Shown here: one piece after another, positions 9,736 through 19,454 of the stretch
Position numbering within the stretch: position 1 is the stretch's first letter
How the letters are laid out: every line of letters starts with the position of its first letter
Assembly: GCA_964611285.1 (NCBI GenBank)
Contig: CAZSZY010000002.1
Coordinates: 7,694 to 71,693, forward strand
DNA: 64,000 nt
From: an uncultured Methanosarcinales archaeon
GTDB lineage: Archaea > Nanobdellota > Nanobdellia > Woesearchaeales > SKGA01
Direction: 5' to 3'
Made by a program: the position numbers and the translations under genes
Notes under the pieces: generated by a model
What the model was told of the DNA's origin: nothing
Seen by the model: the letters and a program-made list of their open reading frames with translations, nothing else
Databases searched by the model: none

Positions 9736-10853
9736 TTAGACCAAGTATAATTATGAGTCCAATTGTTTATATCCTTTTTGGAAAGTCCCATATCACTTAG
9801 CGTTCTACCAGACTTCCAGAAATTAACACCAGTAAGATGGCAAGCATCAGATACCATCTCCCTATACAAAGGAGTTTCAATACCTAATATTTCAGCTATC
9901 TTAATTGTTGGTACCGCTCTAAGAGGAATTTCTTCCATCAAATAACGATGAAATAATGTTTTTGGAGCAGGAGATCTGTTTGGAACTTCAGGAGTGTTTT
10001 GATAAGGAGGTGTGTTTTGAATCATTGTATATAAATCAGCCATAGGAACATCATAGGCTAGGTTGAGCCATTCATTAACTGTTCGGGGTTCCATACCCAT
10101 AGCTTCTGCAACTTTGTATCTCTCAGCATCCATTTTTTCCATATATTCAGCAACATCAGGCCTAATACCATCAATGTAAAAATTAAAATTCTCTTCGTTA
10201 AGAATTTTATCTGCATTTTTTAGCATACCTACGATGTGAAAAACAGGACTATCATCTAAACCCATTAAAGGGTTATTAGTATCAATGAACTGAGGATACA
10301 AATCATACAATATAGATTTCAATGAAGGACTTGCTGCAACTGTTGCGCCAAGCATGCTATTCTTTTCTATTTTGATATACGAATGACCTATTTCAGGAGT
10401 TTTACAAGCATAAACTAATGTATCTGTTTCAGTAACAGAAATATTTGATTGAGGATTTAATTTAGAAACTAAATTTTGGAATTCTAAAGAACCACCAATA
10501 CCTGGAGAAACAAGAATAACATCTTGTTTATTCAAATGAGGAGCCATATTTTCTGCGTAATATTTGTGAACAGTTGCATCAGTGATAATAAAAATATGGT
10601 CATTCACAGCAACTGCAGATTCTAAATCAGTTGTAACATCTTTTAATTGTGCTTCACCTTCATAAATTCCAGAAAGTTTTATTTTATTTCCTTGAGAATT
10701 TATTTTTTCTGCTTTGTTGGGCGTGTGTGTATACAAAGTTACATCATGACCTTTTAATGCGGCATAAGCTGCAAAAGCGTGACCTCCTTGGCCAGCTCCA
10801 CAAATTAATATGTTCTTTTTTTCACTATCCTTTTTTACATCTTCAGCTTTCAT
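9732..10853 (-). CDS. opine dehydrogenase family NAD(P)-dependent oxidoreductase
   Basis: ICGAGQGGHAFAAYAALKGHDV Rossmann motif nearly identical to the GNGGHAFAAYLALKG of CENDH-type opine dehydrogenases; PGIGGSLEFQN and MDAERYKVAEAMG also match; 4-nt overlap with the downstream gene. Confidence 0.75.
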   Translation of the reverse strand: MKAEDVKKDSEKKNILICGAGQGGHAFAAYAALKGHDVTLYTHTPNKAEKINSQGNKIKLSGIYEGEAQLKDVTTDLESAVAVNDHIFIITDATVHKYYAENMAPHLNKQDVILVSPGIGGSLEFQNLVSKLNPQSNISVTETDTLVYACKTPEIGHSYIKIEKNSMLGATVAASPSLKSILYDLYPQFIDTNNPLMGLDDSPVFHIVGMLKNADKILNEENFNFYIDGIRPDVAEYMEKMDAERYKVAEAMGMEPRTVNEWLNLAYDVPMADLYTMIQNTPPYQNTPEVPNRSPAPKTLFHRYLMEEIPLRAVPTIKIAEILGIETPLYREMVSDACHLTGVNFWKSGRTLSDMGLSKKDINNWTHNYTWSK

Positions 10854-10864
10854 TTTATCATTTA

Positions 10865-11809
10865 TTAATTTGAATTAGTATGTTCTAAAATAGATTTTAC
10901 TACCTCATCCGTTTTATCATAAAGTAAAGTTTCATCAGGAAGATGAGTTTTTACAGCAGTTCCAGTTCCGTTAACTTCATTTACTTTAGAACCAATAAAA
11001 TCAACACCCACCAAATATCCTCCAATTCGAGAAGCTATATTTTTAGAAACTTCAATTTCTTTTTCTGTTGGATTGTATACTGCGGTTTTTTGATTATAAG
11101 ATGTTTCCCAAGGTTTGTTTCTATCAAAATGAGTTCTAGATACAAGATGATTACCATCAAGAATAATTATTCTTTTCTCAGTATTCTCGGGATCAACAAG
11201 AGGTTCTTGCAAAATATAATTTCCTTGAAGTTCTGATTCAGGAATATTTAAGTTCTTTAAATCATCAAGAGAAGATATCTTTTGAACACCAGCCATTCGA
11301 CAACCAAAAATAGGTTTTAGAAAAACAGAACCATATGTACTGAGCATTTGATTTACTTGTTCATCATTTTGAAAAAAGTAACTTTTTGCAATACACAAAG
11401 AATCATCTTTTGATAATTCCACTAAAGCATCTTTTAATGTTCGTTCTTCAGTCTCGGGTTCATTGTAGAATGCGCTAAAGTTTCCGTTTTGTTTAAGATT
11501 TCTAAGGAATTTGTATTGATTTCGTGCAAAATCAAGACCGACATTTTTAGAAGTTTCATCGCCATAGATAATAAACATATCCCCTTCAGGTACGTGTGGT
11601 CCCAAAACTTGTTTAATTTTTGTAGGGCCCAAGGATTTATGGCCTGCAAGAATTCGACCTGAAGAAATATCGTAGTCTCCTGGATGAACTAAGGTTAAAT
11701 CCGAAATATCATTGAGTTTTTCAATAATTTTTCTACTAGTACGATATAATTTGGGAGGAGCTAGATGAAAATCTTTCTCAACAGACATGTAGATTTTATT
11801 CATTAACAA
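10865..11809 (-). CDS. putative ATP-grasp-like ligase
   Basis: VFLKPIFGCRMAGVQKI, ILQEPL and VGVDFIGSKVNEVN resemble ATP-grasp B-loop and catalytic segments; weak. Confidence 0.4.
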   Translation of the reverse strand: MLMNKIYMSVEKDFHLAPPKLYRTSRKIIEKLNDISDLTLVHPGDYDISSGRILAGHKSLGPTKIKQVLGPHVPEGDMFIIYGDETSKNVGLDFARNQYKFLRNLKQNGNFSAFYNEPETEERTLKDALVELSKDDSLCIAKSYFFQNDEQVNQMLSTYGSVFLKPIFGCRMAGVQKISSLDDLKNLNIPESELQGNYILQEPLVDPENTEKRIIILDGNHLVSRTHFDRNKPWETSYNQKTAVYNPTEKEIEVSKNIASRIGGYLVGVDFIGSKVNEVNGTGTAVKTHLPDETLLYDKTDEVVKSILEHTNSN

Positions 11810-12025
11810 ACACCTTTTACGGACTTAAGAAAAGGTAAAGCAATAGTATTTATAAATTTTATTAAAATAACAAGATATTTCTAGCTAAAAAGTAATTCCA
11901 TTACATTTCTAGGGAATGAATGTTTATTATAAGACCATAAAACTACATAGAACCATATAAAAAGAGACTTTTACCCTTTTTTTAACTAAATAAACCTTTT
12001 TTGAACGTTTTAAATAAACAAATTA

Positions 12026-12535
12026 TTGACACTATTTTTCAGTGCTAACAAGACCAATTCTCCACTACAGTATACATATTTGTATACAGAAACACAATAT
12101 TTATATACTAGTATGGGTTGTTTATGTATAATGGTTATCCTCTTTGATCAGTTTAACCTGCCCGAAAACATCTTTGAGGTAGTGTTTGCAACTATGCAGC
12201 AAGTTGAAGTAGCTCGTATGCTCATAGAAGAAATGAAGGTCAAAGGCGGCGAAATCGGGAAAACAGAGATGAGTATGTTTGCAACAGCCCTGCACGAAGG
12301 CACAACGGTTGAAACCACGACCCAAGGTCCTTTCCGGCAGAAAAAGACGGTGAAAGTATCCTACAACAAACGGCAATTTTACGACCGTATCCTTACCCCT
12401 ATGAAAACAATGGGATTGATTGACTATGATTTGTACAAGAAAACGTACAAGATTAGTGAGAAATTTAACAAAAATATGATGCGAGTTGGCCTCATGTGGC
12501 TCCAAGAACTCCGTAGACCCCCCCTATCCCGCTAG
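12026..12535 (+). CDS. hypothetical protein in a GC-rich island (true start probably ATG 12131)
   Basis: ORF body is markedly GC-richer than its surroundings; TATA 'tttatata' near 12092. Confidence 0.35.
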   Translation: MTLFFSANKTNSPLQYTYLYTETQYLYTSMGCLCIMVILFDQFNLPENIFEVVFATMQQVEVARMLIEEMKVKGGEIGKTEMSMFATALHEGTTVETTTQGPFRQKKTVKVSYNKRQFYDRILTPMKTMGLIDYDLYKKTYKISEKFNKNMMRVGLMWLQELRRPPLSR

Positions 12536-12655
12536 GAAACATGAAGATTTCCCTGCGCACACATCATGAGCGATTACTCATAACAGTAACCCCAACAAAA
12601 AGAAGGCACTTTGTGGATTGTTTACTTCTCACAAACCACCCTCCCCTAAAACGCC

Positions 12656-13036
12656 ATGAGGCGCCTTCTTTTTCTTTTTTCTACGCCAGCCACCTATGCA
12701 AAACATTTTTATAGGAGTAATCCCAAAAATCATTTAAAAGGGGTGCTAATTATGCCATTTAATAGATTACTTAAGGAACGAATTCAAAAAGAAAAGAACA
12801 TCACAGTACGTGAGCGACACGAACAAACAATTCGTAGAAACTATAATCTTCTACTCATATTGTTCTTAGGCGGAGGATATCTCGTCTTCAGAAACTTCTT
12901 TACTATGGAACAAGGGCTATTTGTCGTAGCTATCTTTCTAGCATGGTATGGTTTCTTAGAAAACGTCCAGCATAGATACTCAGACTACACAGATGAGTTA
13001 ATCAAAGCTAGAGATAAACGCTCAAAAAAGAAATAA
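12656..13036 (+). CDS. small membrane protein (likely starts at ATG 12752 behind an 'aaggggtg' SD)
   Basis: MPFNRLLKE... with a hydrophobic helix; the upstream part of the ORF overlaps a hairpin/T-run. Confidence 0.4.
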   Translation: MRRLLFLFSTPATYAKHFYRSNPKNHLKGVLIMPFNRLLKERIQKEKNITVRERHEQTIRRNYNLLLILFLGGGYLVFRNFFTMEQGLFVVAIFLAWYGFLENVQHRYSDYTDELIKARDKRSKKK

Positions 13037-13130
13037 CTTTTTTGGCGCCAAACTCATTTGGAAAGGCAAGAAAAAGTAACTCGCTGCTAAATCAGCAGCT
13101 TTTTATGTTGTTTTATAATCTTCTTTTTCT

Positions 13131-13907
13131 ATGAGTATTAACAAAAGTGAACAAAAGCAGTATTTTCAGAACGAACCTTCACGAGTTGGTAAACTATTTC
13201 TAAGAACTCTTCGCATCATTAAACCAGGAATTTCAAACGACGCTATAAGAACCGCCGCCTATTTTAGAAGTCTAGATAACATTGTTGATGGAGTCATGGA
13301 ACCTTCTCAAAGTAAAGAAATAATTTCTCAAGAGAAAGAAAGCGTGCATGGAATTGGCCAAGCAAAAAAGAACACTACTGAAAGATCTGAAGTTATTTAT
13401 GATATGGCAACAAAATACGGTTTGGTTATCGCAGAATATAGTCAAAGACTACTAACTAATTTTGAAACAGATTCGAACCTGAGAGCAACACATGAGCCAC
13501 TGACCGAAGAAGAATTATTACAACATAGAGTAAATGGTTCTTTACCAGTTCTTCAATTTTTGAGTACGACCGTATACAACAAAGAACTTCAATTTGGAAA
13601 TAAAATGTCTAATTACCTTTTTACATGGATGACCTACGATCATATCAAAGATATGCGAGAAGATCTAGCAGTTAATCTTAATCACATTTCAAGAGAAGAT
13701 TGTCATCTCTTTGGTTTTGTTGGAGAACCAAGTCAATTCCCGCAAAATCAAGTAGGACATTACATTGATTACAAAAGAGAAAAAGTTTTACAAACAATTC
13801 ATGAAGATGCAAAAGGAATGAAAGACACTAACCTACCTGCACATATTGCTTTAGCAGCTAGAGCATATTTATCTTCTAGAGTAGCAGAATTAAAAAAAAT
13901 AAAATAA
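13131..13907 (+). CDS. hypothetical protein
   Basis: 258 aa ORF. Confidence 0.45.
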   Translation: MSINKSEQKQYFQNEPSRVGKLFLRTLRIIKPGISNDAIRTAAYFRSLDNIVDGVMEPSQSKEIISQEKESVHGIGQAKKNTTERSEVIYDMATKYGLVIAEYSQRLLTNFETDSNLRATHEPLTEEELLQHRVNGSLPVLQFLSTTVYNKELQFGNKMSNYLFTWMTYDHIKDMREDLAVNLNHISREDCHLFGFVGEPSQFPQNQVGHYIDYKREKVLQTIHEDAKGMKDTNLPAHIALAARAYLSSRVAELKKIK

Positions 13908-13995
13908 AAATTATTTTTTACTTTTTTTACTTTCTTTGCGCCAGCTTCTTTTTCTGCAGTAATTCTTGCGCCTTTTTACCAATAGAAACATTTAT
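13893..13995 (-). pseudogene. degraded duplicate of the 3' end plus downstream region of the 14360..14644 gene
   Basis: About 90 nt similar to 14348..14440; the minus-strand translation ...GARITAEKEAGAKKVKKVKN vs ...SARATAQEEAGVKKVKAKKK is broken by indels. Confidence 0.4.
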
Positions 13996-14024
13996 ATTTC
14001 TTTGTTCATTTTCGTCTCTTTACA

Positions 14025-14345
14025 ATGACAATTACTGATAAAATTAAGAATTACTGGCACCAAGGAAAAGAAATAGCTCTTGCTGCAATCATTACAGGAA
14101 GCACAATTTATGTAGCTGAGAAAACAGGACTTACAGATGCTTTAGTTCAAACAGACAAAGCAATTGTTGAAATGTATAATGCTGCACACGAACAAGCGCC
14201 CTGGCTTGTATGGACCCCTACGCTTAGACGACCAGACGGATTACGTCGTGTTGGACGAGATATTGACTTAGGACTCACTACTCTAATGATTACAGGATTA
14301 GGTATTGCATTATATCAAGACGAGAAAAAGAAATACAAATTATAA
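14025..14345 (+). CDS. hypothetical small protein
   Basis: 106 aa ORF. Confidence 0.45.
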   Translation: MTITDKIKNYWHQGKEIALAAIITGSTIYVAEKTGLTDALVQTDKAIVEMYNAAHEQAPWLVWTPTLRRPDGLRRVGRDIDLGLTTLMITGLGIALYQDEKKKYKL

Positions 14346-14359
14346 AAATAAAATAAAAA

Positions 14360-14644
14360 TTATTTCTTCTTTGCTTTTACTTTCTTTACACCAGCTTCTT
14401 CTTGTGCAGTTGCTCTCGCTGAAACTTTGCCAATCCAAATAGCTGCAAAGACTGCAATAAGTGTTACAATAAATGCGTAAACCCAAGGACCACCAGAAGA
14501 TAACGAACATAAGGATCCTGCACCTTCAGCACCACAAGGACCTTTGAAAAGTGCCTTAATTGCATCGTTCCATGCAAGTGCTGCAACTAAACCAAAAGCA
14601 GCAGTAACTAACGCTGCGAGTTTCTCAATAACATCTTTTTTCAT
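14360..14644 (-). CDS. small two-TM membrane protein with a lysine-rich tail
   Basis: 94 aa, two hydrophobic helices, GPCGAEGAGSLCS loop. Confidence 0.5.
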   Translation of the reverse strand: MKKDVIEKLAALVTAAFGLVAALAWNDAIKALFKGPCGAEGAGSLCSLSSGGPWVYAFIVTLIAVFAAIWIGKVSARATAQEEAGVKKVKAKKK

Positions 14645-14656
14645 AGTAATTCCCCT

Positions 14657-15004
14657 TTACCACTTTTTTACTGAATTAACTACATTCTTATGCCAAGAAT
14701 TTACAATATTTAAAATATTGTGTCGAAGCTCTTCCTTATTTTTAATACTATACACAAAAGTGTATCCGCCCGCATCAAGATTTACTTGATGTTTTTGCAC
14801 TAAATTTTTTTCAACTAAACGTTTAATGGCTTTTTGAATAGTCGTTCTATCTTTACCAAGTTCTTCACCAACATCTGATGCAGATAAAGAATCTTTTTGT
14901 TTAATAAGAAATAAAAATAAATTATACTCAGTTTTATTGAGCTCAAAACTACACATCACTATGTCTCTGAAATCTATTCGTTTGCATGCGAAGGAAAGAC
15001 TCAT
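14657..15004 (-). CDS. winged-helix (MarR/TrmB-like) transcriptional regulator
   Basis: LSASDVGEELGKDRTTIQKAIKRLVEKNLV HTH segment; 4-nt overlap with trxB. Confidence 0.55.
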   Translation of the reverse strand: MSLSFACKRIDFRDIVMCSFELNKTEYNLFLFLIKQKDSLSASDVGEELGKDRTTIQKAIKRLVEKNLVQKHQVNLDAGGYTFVYSIKNKEELRHNILNIVNSWHKNVVNSVKKW

Positions 15005-15939
15005 TCGGATCGCTCCTCATGCTCTTTTGTTTCTAGATGTCGCTGTGCTTCAAGTGCAGCCATACAACCACTACCAGCAGATGTAATTGCTTGTCTGTAT
15101 ACTTTATCTTGCACATCGCCTGCAGCATACACTCCTTTAATCGGAAGTTTTGTATTATCCGTCACTAAATAACCATGATCAGTTTCGAAATACTCCTGCA
15201 CAATTTCAGTGTTAGGGATATGACCAATAGCTAAGAAAGTTCCTTGCACGTTTAGTTCAGTTGTTTCATTAGTCTTCGTATCTTTTAATCGAAGAGAAGA
15301 TAAAGCCTTACCATCACCCACAAATTCATCAATAACTTTGTTTGTTAAAATATCAATTTTAGGATGAGCTTTTACTCGCTCCAACATAATTGGTGATGCT
15401 CTAAAGTTTTCGCTTCTATTAATTAACGTAACTTTAGTTGCAAATTTCGTCAGAAAGATTGCTTCTTCCATAGCAACATCGCCACCACCAACAATTGCAA
15501 CTTCTTTATCTTTAAAGAAAAAACCATCGCATGTTGCGCAAGCTGAAATTCCTTTACCCCAATACTCTTTTTCACTTGGCAAATCTAATTGCCGAGCACG
15601 AGCACCAGTTGCAAGAATAATAGTTTTTGCAAGGTATGTTTCGCTGTCCGTTGTTACTGTGAAAGGTTTTGCTTTCAAGTTAACTTTAGTTACTGTTTCA
15701 AATTTAGAAACCCCACCAAAACGTTTGGTTTGCTCACGCATATTGTTCATTAATACTGGGCCTAAAATACCTTCTGGAAAACCAGCATAATTTTCAACTT
15801 TAGTTGTTGTTGTTAATTGACCACCAGGCATGGGACCTTCTAAGATAAGAACTGAGTGATCAGCACGAGCTCCATAAATAGCTGCGCTAAATCCTGCGGG
15901 ACCACTACCAATAACAATCATATCAATTTCTTCAGTCAT
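15001..15939 (-). CDS. trxB: thioredoxin-disulfide reductase
   Basis: IVIGSGPAGFSAAIY FAD motif, redox-active CATCDG, second GGGDVAMEEA NAD(P) motif. Confidence 0.9.
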   Translation of the reverse strand: MTEEIDMIVIGSGPAGFSAAIYGARADHSVLILEGPMPGGQLTTTTKVENYAGFPEGILGPVLMNNMREQTKRFGGVSKFETVTKVNLKAKPFTVTTDSETYLAKTIILATGARARQLDLPSEKEYWGKGISACATCDGFFFKDKEVAIVGGGDVAMEEAIFLTKFATKVTLINRSENFRASPIMLERVKAHPKIDILTNKVIDEFVGDGKALSSLRLKDTKTNETTELNVQGTFLAIGHIPNTEIVQEYFETDHGYLVTDNTKLPIKGVYAAGDVQDKVYRQAITSAGSGCMAALEAQRHLETKEHEERSE

Positions 15940-15949
15940 TTTTCTGGCC

Positions 15950-16285
15950 TCAGAGTTTTTCTATTGCAGTATCAATTTTTGATTTTAACAAATCTTTAGG
16001 TGCAAAGCCAACAATTCGATCAGCTTCTGCTCCACCTTTTACAAAAAGCAATGTTGGAATTCCTTGAATACCAAACTGACCAGCTAGTTCTGGATGATCT
16101 TCAGTGTTTAGTTTTGCAAATTTTAATTTGCCAACGTATTCTTCGCTATTACTGAATTCTTCAAATACTGGACCCATCATTAGACAAGGACTGCACCAAG
16201 GCGCCCAAAAGTCAACTAAGACTAAAACGTTTGATTTCATTACTTCTGCTTCAAAATTTTCCGGTGTTATATGTACTAATGCCAT
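15950..16285 (-). CDS. trxA: thioredoxin
   Basis: WAPWCSPC active site in a 111 aa thioredoxin fold. Confidence 0.85.
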   Translation of the reverse strand: MALVHITPENFEAEVMKSNVLVLVDFWAPWCSPCLMMGPVFEEFSNSEEYVGKLKFAKLNTEDHPELAGQFGIQGIPTLLFVKGGAEADRIVGFAPKDLLKSKIDTAIEKL

Positions 16286-16320
16286 TTTATTTTATACCCT
16301 TATATTTTTCAATGATTGGA

Positions 16321-16457
16321 TGTGCATTGAATTCGCACAAACGAAAAAGAAGAAATAATCTTTTTCGAAGTGCAAGAAACTTGCACTAGTGAGAGCTAAA
16401 CGCATATCATTTATATAGCTTGTGAAAGTGTGCAAAGAAATGAATAATTTTTGCACA
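16321..16457. promoter_or_regulatory. cluster of TGTGCA/TGCACA-type palindromes in the divergent trx / 16543 promoter region
   Basis: Perfect inverted repeat gtgcaagaaacttgcac at 16370-16386; tgtgcaaa(N13)tttgcaca at 16429-16457; tgtgcattgaattcgcaca at 16321-16339. Confidence 0.35.
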
Positions 16458-16542
16458 GGACGAATTTTCCTTTTAAAAAAATGAAAATTGTTTTAAAGGT
16501 GAATGTAATTAGGTCTTTAAAGAGGCGAGGGAGACAATTAGT

Positions 16543-17529
16543 ATGTCAGATGAAATAATAATTCCTATTCAAGTTAAAGCGCTCGTTAGAGAAAACGAAA
16601 ATACAACACCTAAAAGATTAATAAGGAACATTGCTGAAGGTGAGGGATCTTACATCATTCTTACAAAATCACTCCAGCTACCTACTAAAGAAGACGAACT
16701 TGCAAAATTTGCACCTCAAGGAACAACAATTACACCATATAACCAAGTTAATGATTTTTTATCTTCACACATCAAAGATTCCATACAAGGAATTCAAATT
16801 CATAAACAAAACAAGCCAATACCTGAAGCAGAAAGAACATCAGATCATCGTGAAGCAAATTCGTTCCCTTTACTTCTTGAAGCAATGAAACACATTGTTG
16901 ATAGAAACTATGAGACATTAAATAAAAATATCATCTCTGACCACAAATCATTTGCTCAACTTGAAGAGCTAGCAAAATATCTAGTAAAAGTTGATATTGT
17001 CGGTAGTGGATTAACAGACTATTCAATTAAAGGACCTGTTGCAAACTTGAAATTCTATGATAGAGATGAATGGTGTAGAACAAATTCAAAAAAGTTTGGA
17101 AAAGGTGAAGAAGAGTTTTTTGTTGATGTCCAAGCACATCTGGATAGAGATTTTGGTGATAAAAACTTAAATATTTATAGAGTTGATTTCTCAACAGGGA
17201 TATATTTAAGACAAAATCGCGCATCATATATGGCGGAGTTAATGCCAGTTATTCATACTATCGCAAGATATGCAGTTGAACAAAAAATTGCTCATCAATT
17301 TTTTGCGTCTCATGATGTTGAAAAAATAATTAGAAATGAAGCACCAATCAGTCTAAGAACGTTTGGTGGTGAAGGAAACCTAGATGCCAGATTAAATGAC
17401 TTTGTTGATAAAGTTAATGTCATATACAAAGGTCTTGCAAGAGCAGTAGAAGGAGTAGAACAAGAAAGACAAAACCAAACAAAAAAAATCTTTCAAAAAT
17501 ATTTTGCACCAGAAAAAGAAAAAAAGTAA
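16543..17529 (+). CDS. hypothetical protein
   Basis: 328 aa ORF. Confidence 0.45.
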   Translation: MSDEIIIPIQVKALVRENENTTPKRLIRNIAEGEGSYIILTKSLQLPTKEDELAKFAPQGTTITPYNQVNDFLSSHIKDSIQGIQIHKQNKPIPEAERTSDHREANSFPLLLEAMKHIVDRNYETLNKNIISDHKSFAQLEELAKYLVKVDIVGSGLTDYSIKGPVANLKFYDRDEWCRTNSKKFGKGEEEFFVDVQAHLDRDFGDKNLNIYRVDFSTGIYLRQNRASYMAELMPVIHTIARYAVEQKIAHQFFASHDVEKIIRNEAPISLRTFGGEGNLDARLNDFVDKVNVIYKGLARAVEGVEQERQNQTKKIFQKYFAPEKEKK

Positions 17530-17533
17530 AAAA

Positions 17534-18901
17534 TTAATTCAAAGCTTTTTCCAAAGCTTTAATGAAAGCTTCTTCATCTTCGATATTGATAACTGCGCCT
17601 GCTGCGTGGTCATGACCGCCTGAATCAGCACCAAACTCCTTAGTAACTTTTTCTAGAATTCTCTGAAGTTGTATACCTGATGTATCTTTGTTGAGACGAA
17701 GAGAGATTTTTGTTTTATCTTTATCTTTAGTTTCTTGAGCAAGTGTACATACAACAACTCCTTCTTTGTATATTTTATTTCTTGCTAAGATTGATGCAAT
17801 AACACCTGCAAGACTAGAACGGAGTTGATCTTTGAAATTAATAATTGCATATTTTTCTGTTTCAATAAGAGAACCTTCTTCTCGAAGTTTATCAACGTGT
17901 TGTAACCCTTCATAAATTGTTGATTTGTATAAACGAAGTTGCATAAGCGCGTGTTGTTGTCCAACAGGATCTGCGTTTAATGCATCAAATGCAACATCAT
18001 ATTCTTCTAAACGACCACAAGCATTTACAATTGTAGCAAACTCTTTCATGTCATTAAGTTCCCGTCGATAATCATAACTTACTAACGAATACGTTGGTAC
18101 TATTAATTCTTTTTCAGGAACATCTTTTTTTAATTGTAAAATTCTATGGGTAATTTTTTCTTGATCATACGGTCGAAGATTATACCATTTCTTTAATCGG
18201 CCCTTCCATTCGTATTGAATGCGCAGTCCATCAAGAAAGTTTTTTACTCCTTCTTTACTACCCGTTACACCAGGGATTTCAATATCATTACTATATTCTA
18301 AGACTTTTACCAAAGGTCGGGAAGTAAGACCAAATAATTTTAGCCGTTGACCTACTTTGACTGATTTTTGAATAATAGCATGTTGTAATATTCGATTGTT
18401 AAGTTCTGCAAAGCCATTTTTCTCTTGCGTATCACCAAGAGCACCAAGCACGCCAAAATGAGCAAGAGCTCTATTCTCAGCATTCATACCTAAAGCAAAG
18501 AAATACACGACACCAGCACCACTAATAGCATTTCGCTCAGTAATGCCTTCTAGGTGTGGATTTAAATGAGTAATAGTTGTTGCGTTTCCTTGCGATTCGT
18601 GATGGTCAAGTACAAAAATTTTCTTTCCTGTAAGTTTTTCTTCTATAGCGTCAATTTTTGCTGCGCCAACATCTAAAAAAAGAACTATGTCTTCAGTAAT
18701 GTTATCTAGAACGTCGTTATTAATATTTTGTACAATTGTTTTTGTAAAAGAAATATTTTCTTGTTCTAATGCTTTAGCCATTATATTTGCTGCACATAAA
18801 CCATCAGTATCAAAATGACTAATAACAGCAACAGTATTTTTTTTCAGTGCCAAAAAATCTTTTCCTGCATTTGCAAGTTTTAAAATAAATTCATCATACA
18901 T
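17534..18901 (-). CDS. DHH-family phosphoesterase, archaeal RecJ/GAN (Cdc45-like) nuclease
   Basis: HFDTDGLCAANIM, LDHHE (DHH motif) and C-terminal GGHDHAAG (DHHA1). Confidence 0.75.
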   Translation of the reverse strand: MYDEFILKLANAGKDFLALKKNTVAVISHFDTDGLCAANIMAKALEQENISFTKTIVQNINNDVLDNITEDIVLFLDVGAAKIDAIEEKLTGKKIFVLDHHESQGNATTITHLNPHLEGITERNAISGAGVVYFFALGMNAENRALAHFGVLGALGDTQEKNGFAELNNRILQHAIIQKSVKVGQRLKLFGLTSRPLVKVLEYSNDIEIPGVTGSKEGVKNFLDGLRIQYEWKGRLKKWYNLRPYDQEKITHRILQLKKDVPEKELIVPTYSLVSYDYRRELNDMKEFATIVNACGRLEEYDVAFDALNADPVGQQHALMQLRLYKSTIYEGLQHVDKLREEGSLIETEKYAIINFKDQLRSSLAGVIASILARNKIYKEGVVVCTLAQETKDKDKTKISLRLNKDTSGIQLQRILEKVTKEFGADSGGHDHAAGAVINIEDEEAFIKALEKALN

Positions 18902-18998
18902 AGTAAATTACACCCCGATAAAAATGATTGAAAAATAAAAGAAAAAATGCTCGAAAACAAATTGTTTTCGGCACGCTTCACAGCGAATGTTCACCGAT

Positions 18999-19454
18999 TT
19001 ATTCGATGTGCATCTTAATTTGTTTTGGATTGTAATTCCAATCTTTAGGCATACGGCCAACTTTCTTGTAGTAACGAACTAAACTAAGAATTTTAGATTC
19101 AGTTAATGTTAAACCACGTCGAGCGGGTTGGTCTTTATGATTTTCCTTTAGATGTTCTTGGATTGCCAAAACTTTTTTGAGAAGCGCTGTTAAATCTTCA
19201 GGAAGAACTTTTTCTAACTTTTTCTCTTGAAGAATTTGAGTAATAGATTTCTTTGTAATTAATTTTACGTCAGGAATACCATATTCGTCTCGAAGAAATA
19301 AACCAATTTTACTTGGAGCTTTACCTTCTTTAGCATATTTTACAACAAGAAGTTCTGTTTCCTTTGCGGAATACTTTACCCAACTAGGGATTTTCTTAAT
19401 GGACGGGCCTGTACTACCAGACTTTCCTTTATTTCTACTAAACATTCGTGCCAT
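18999..19454 (-). CDS. rps15: 30S ribosomal protein S15 (S13e)
   Basis: MARMFSRNKGKSGS...VRYYKKVGRMPKDWNY matches the S15P/S13e family; a hairpin/T-run lies downstream. Confidence 0.88.
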   Translation of the reverse strand: MARMFSRNKGKSGSTGPSIKKIPSWVKYSAKETELLVVKYAKEGKAPSKIGLFLRDEYGIPDVKLITKKSITQILQEKKLEKVLPEDLTALLKKVLAIQEHLKENHKDQPARRGLTLTESKILSLVRYYKKVGRMPKDWNYNPKQIKMHIE

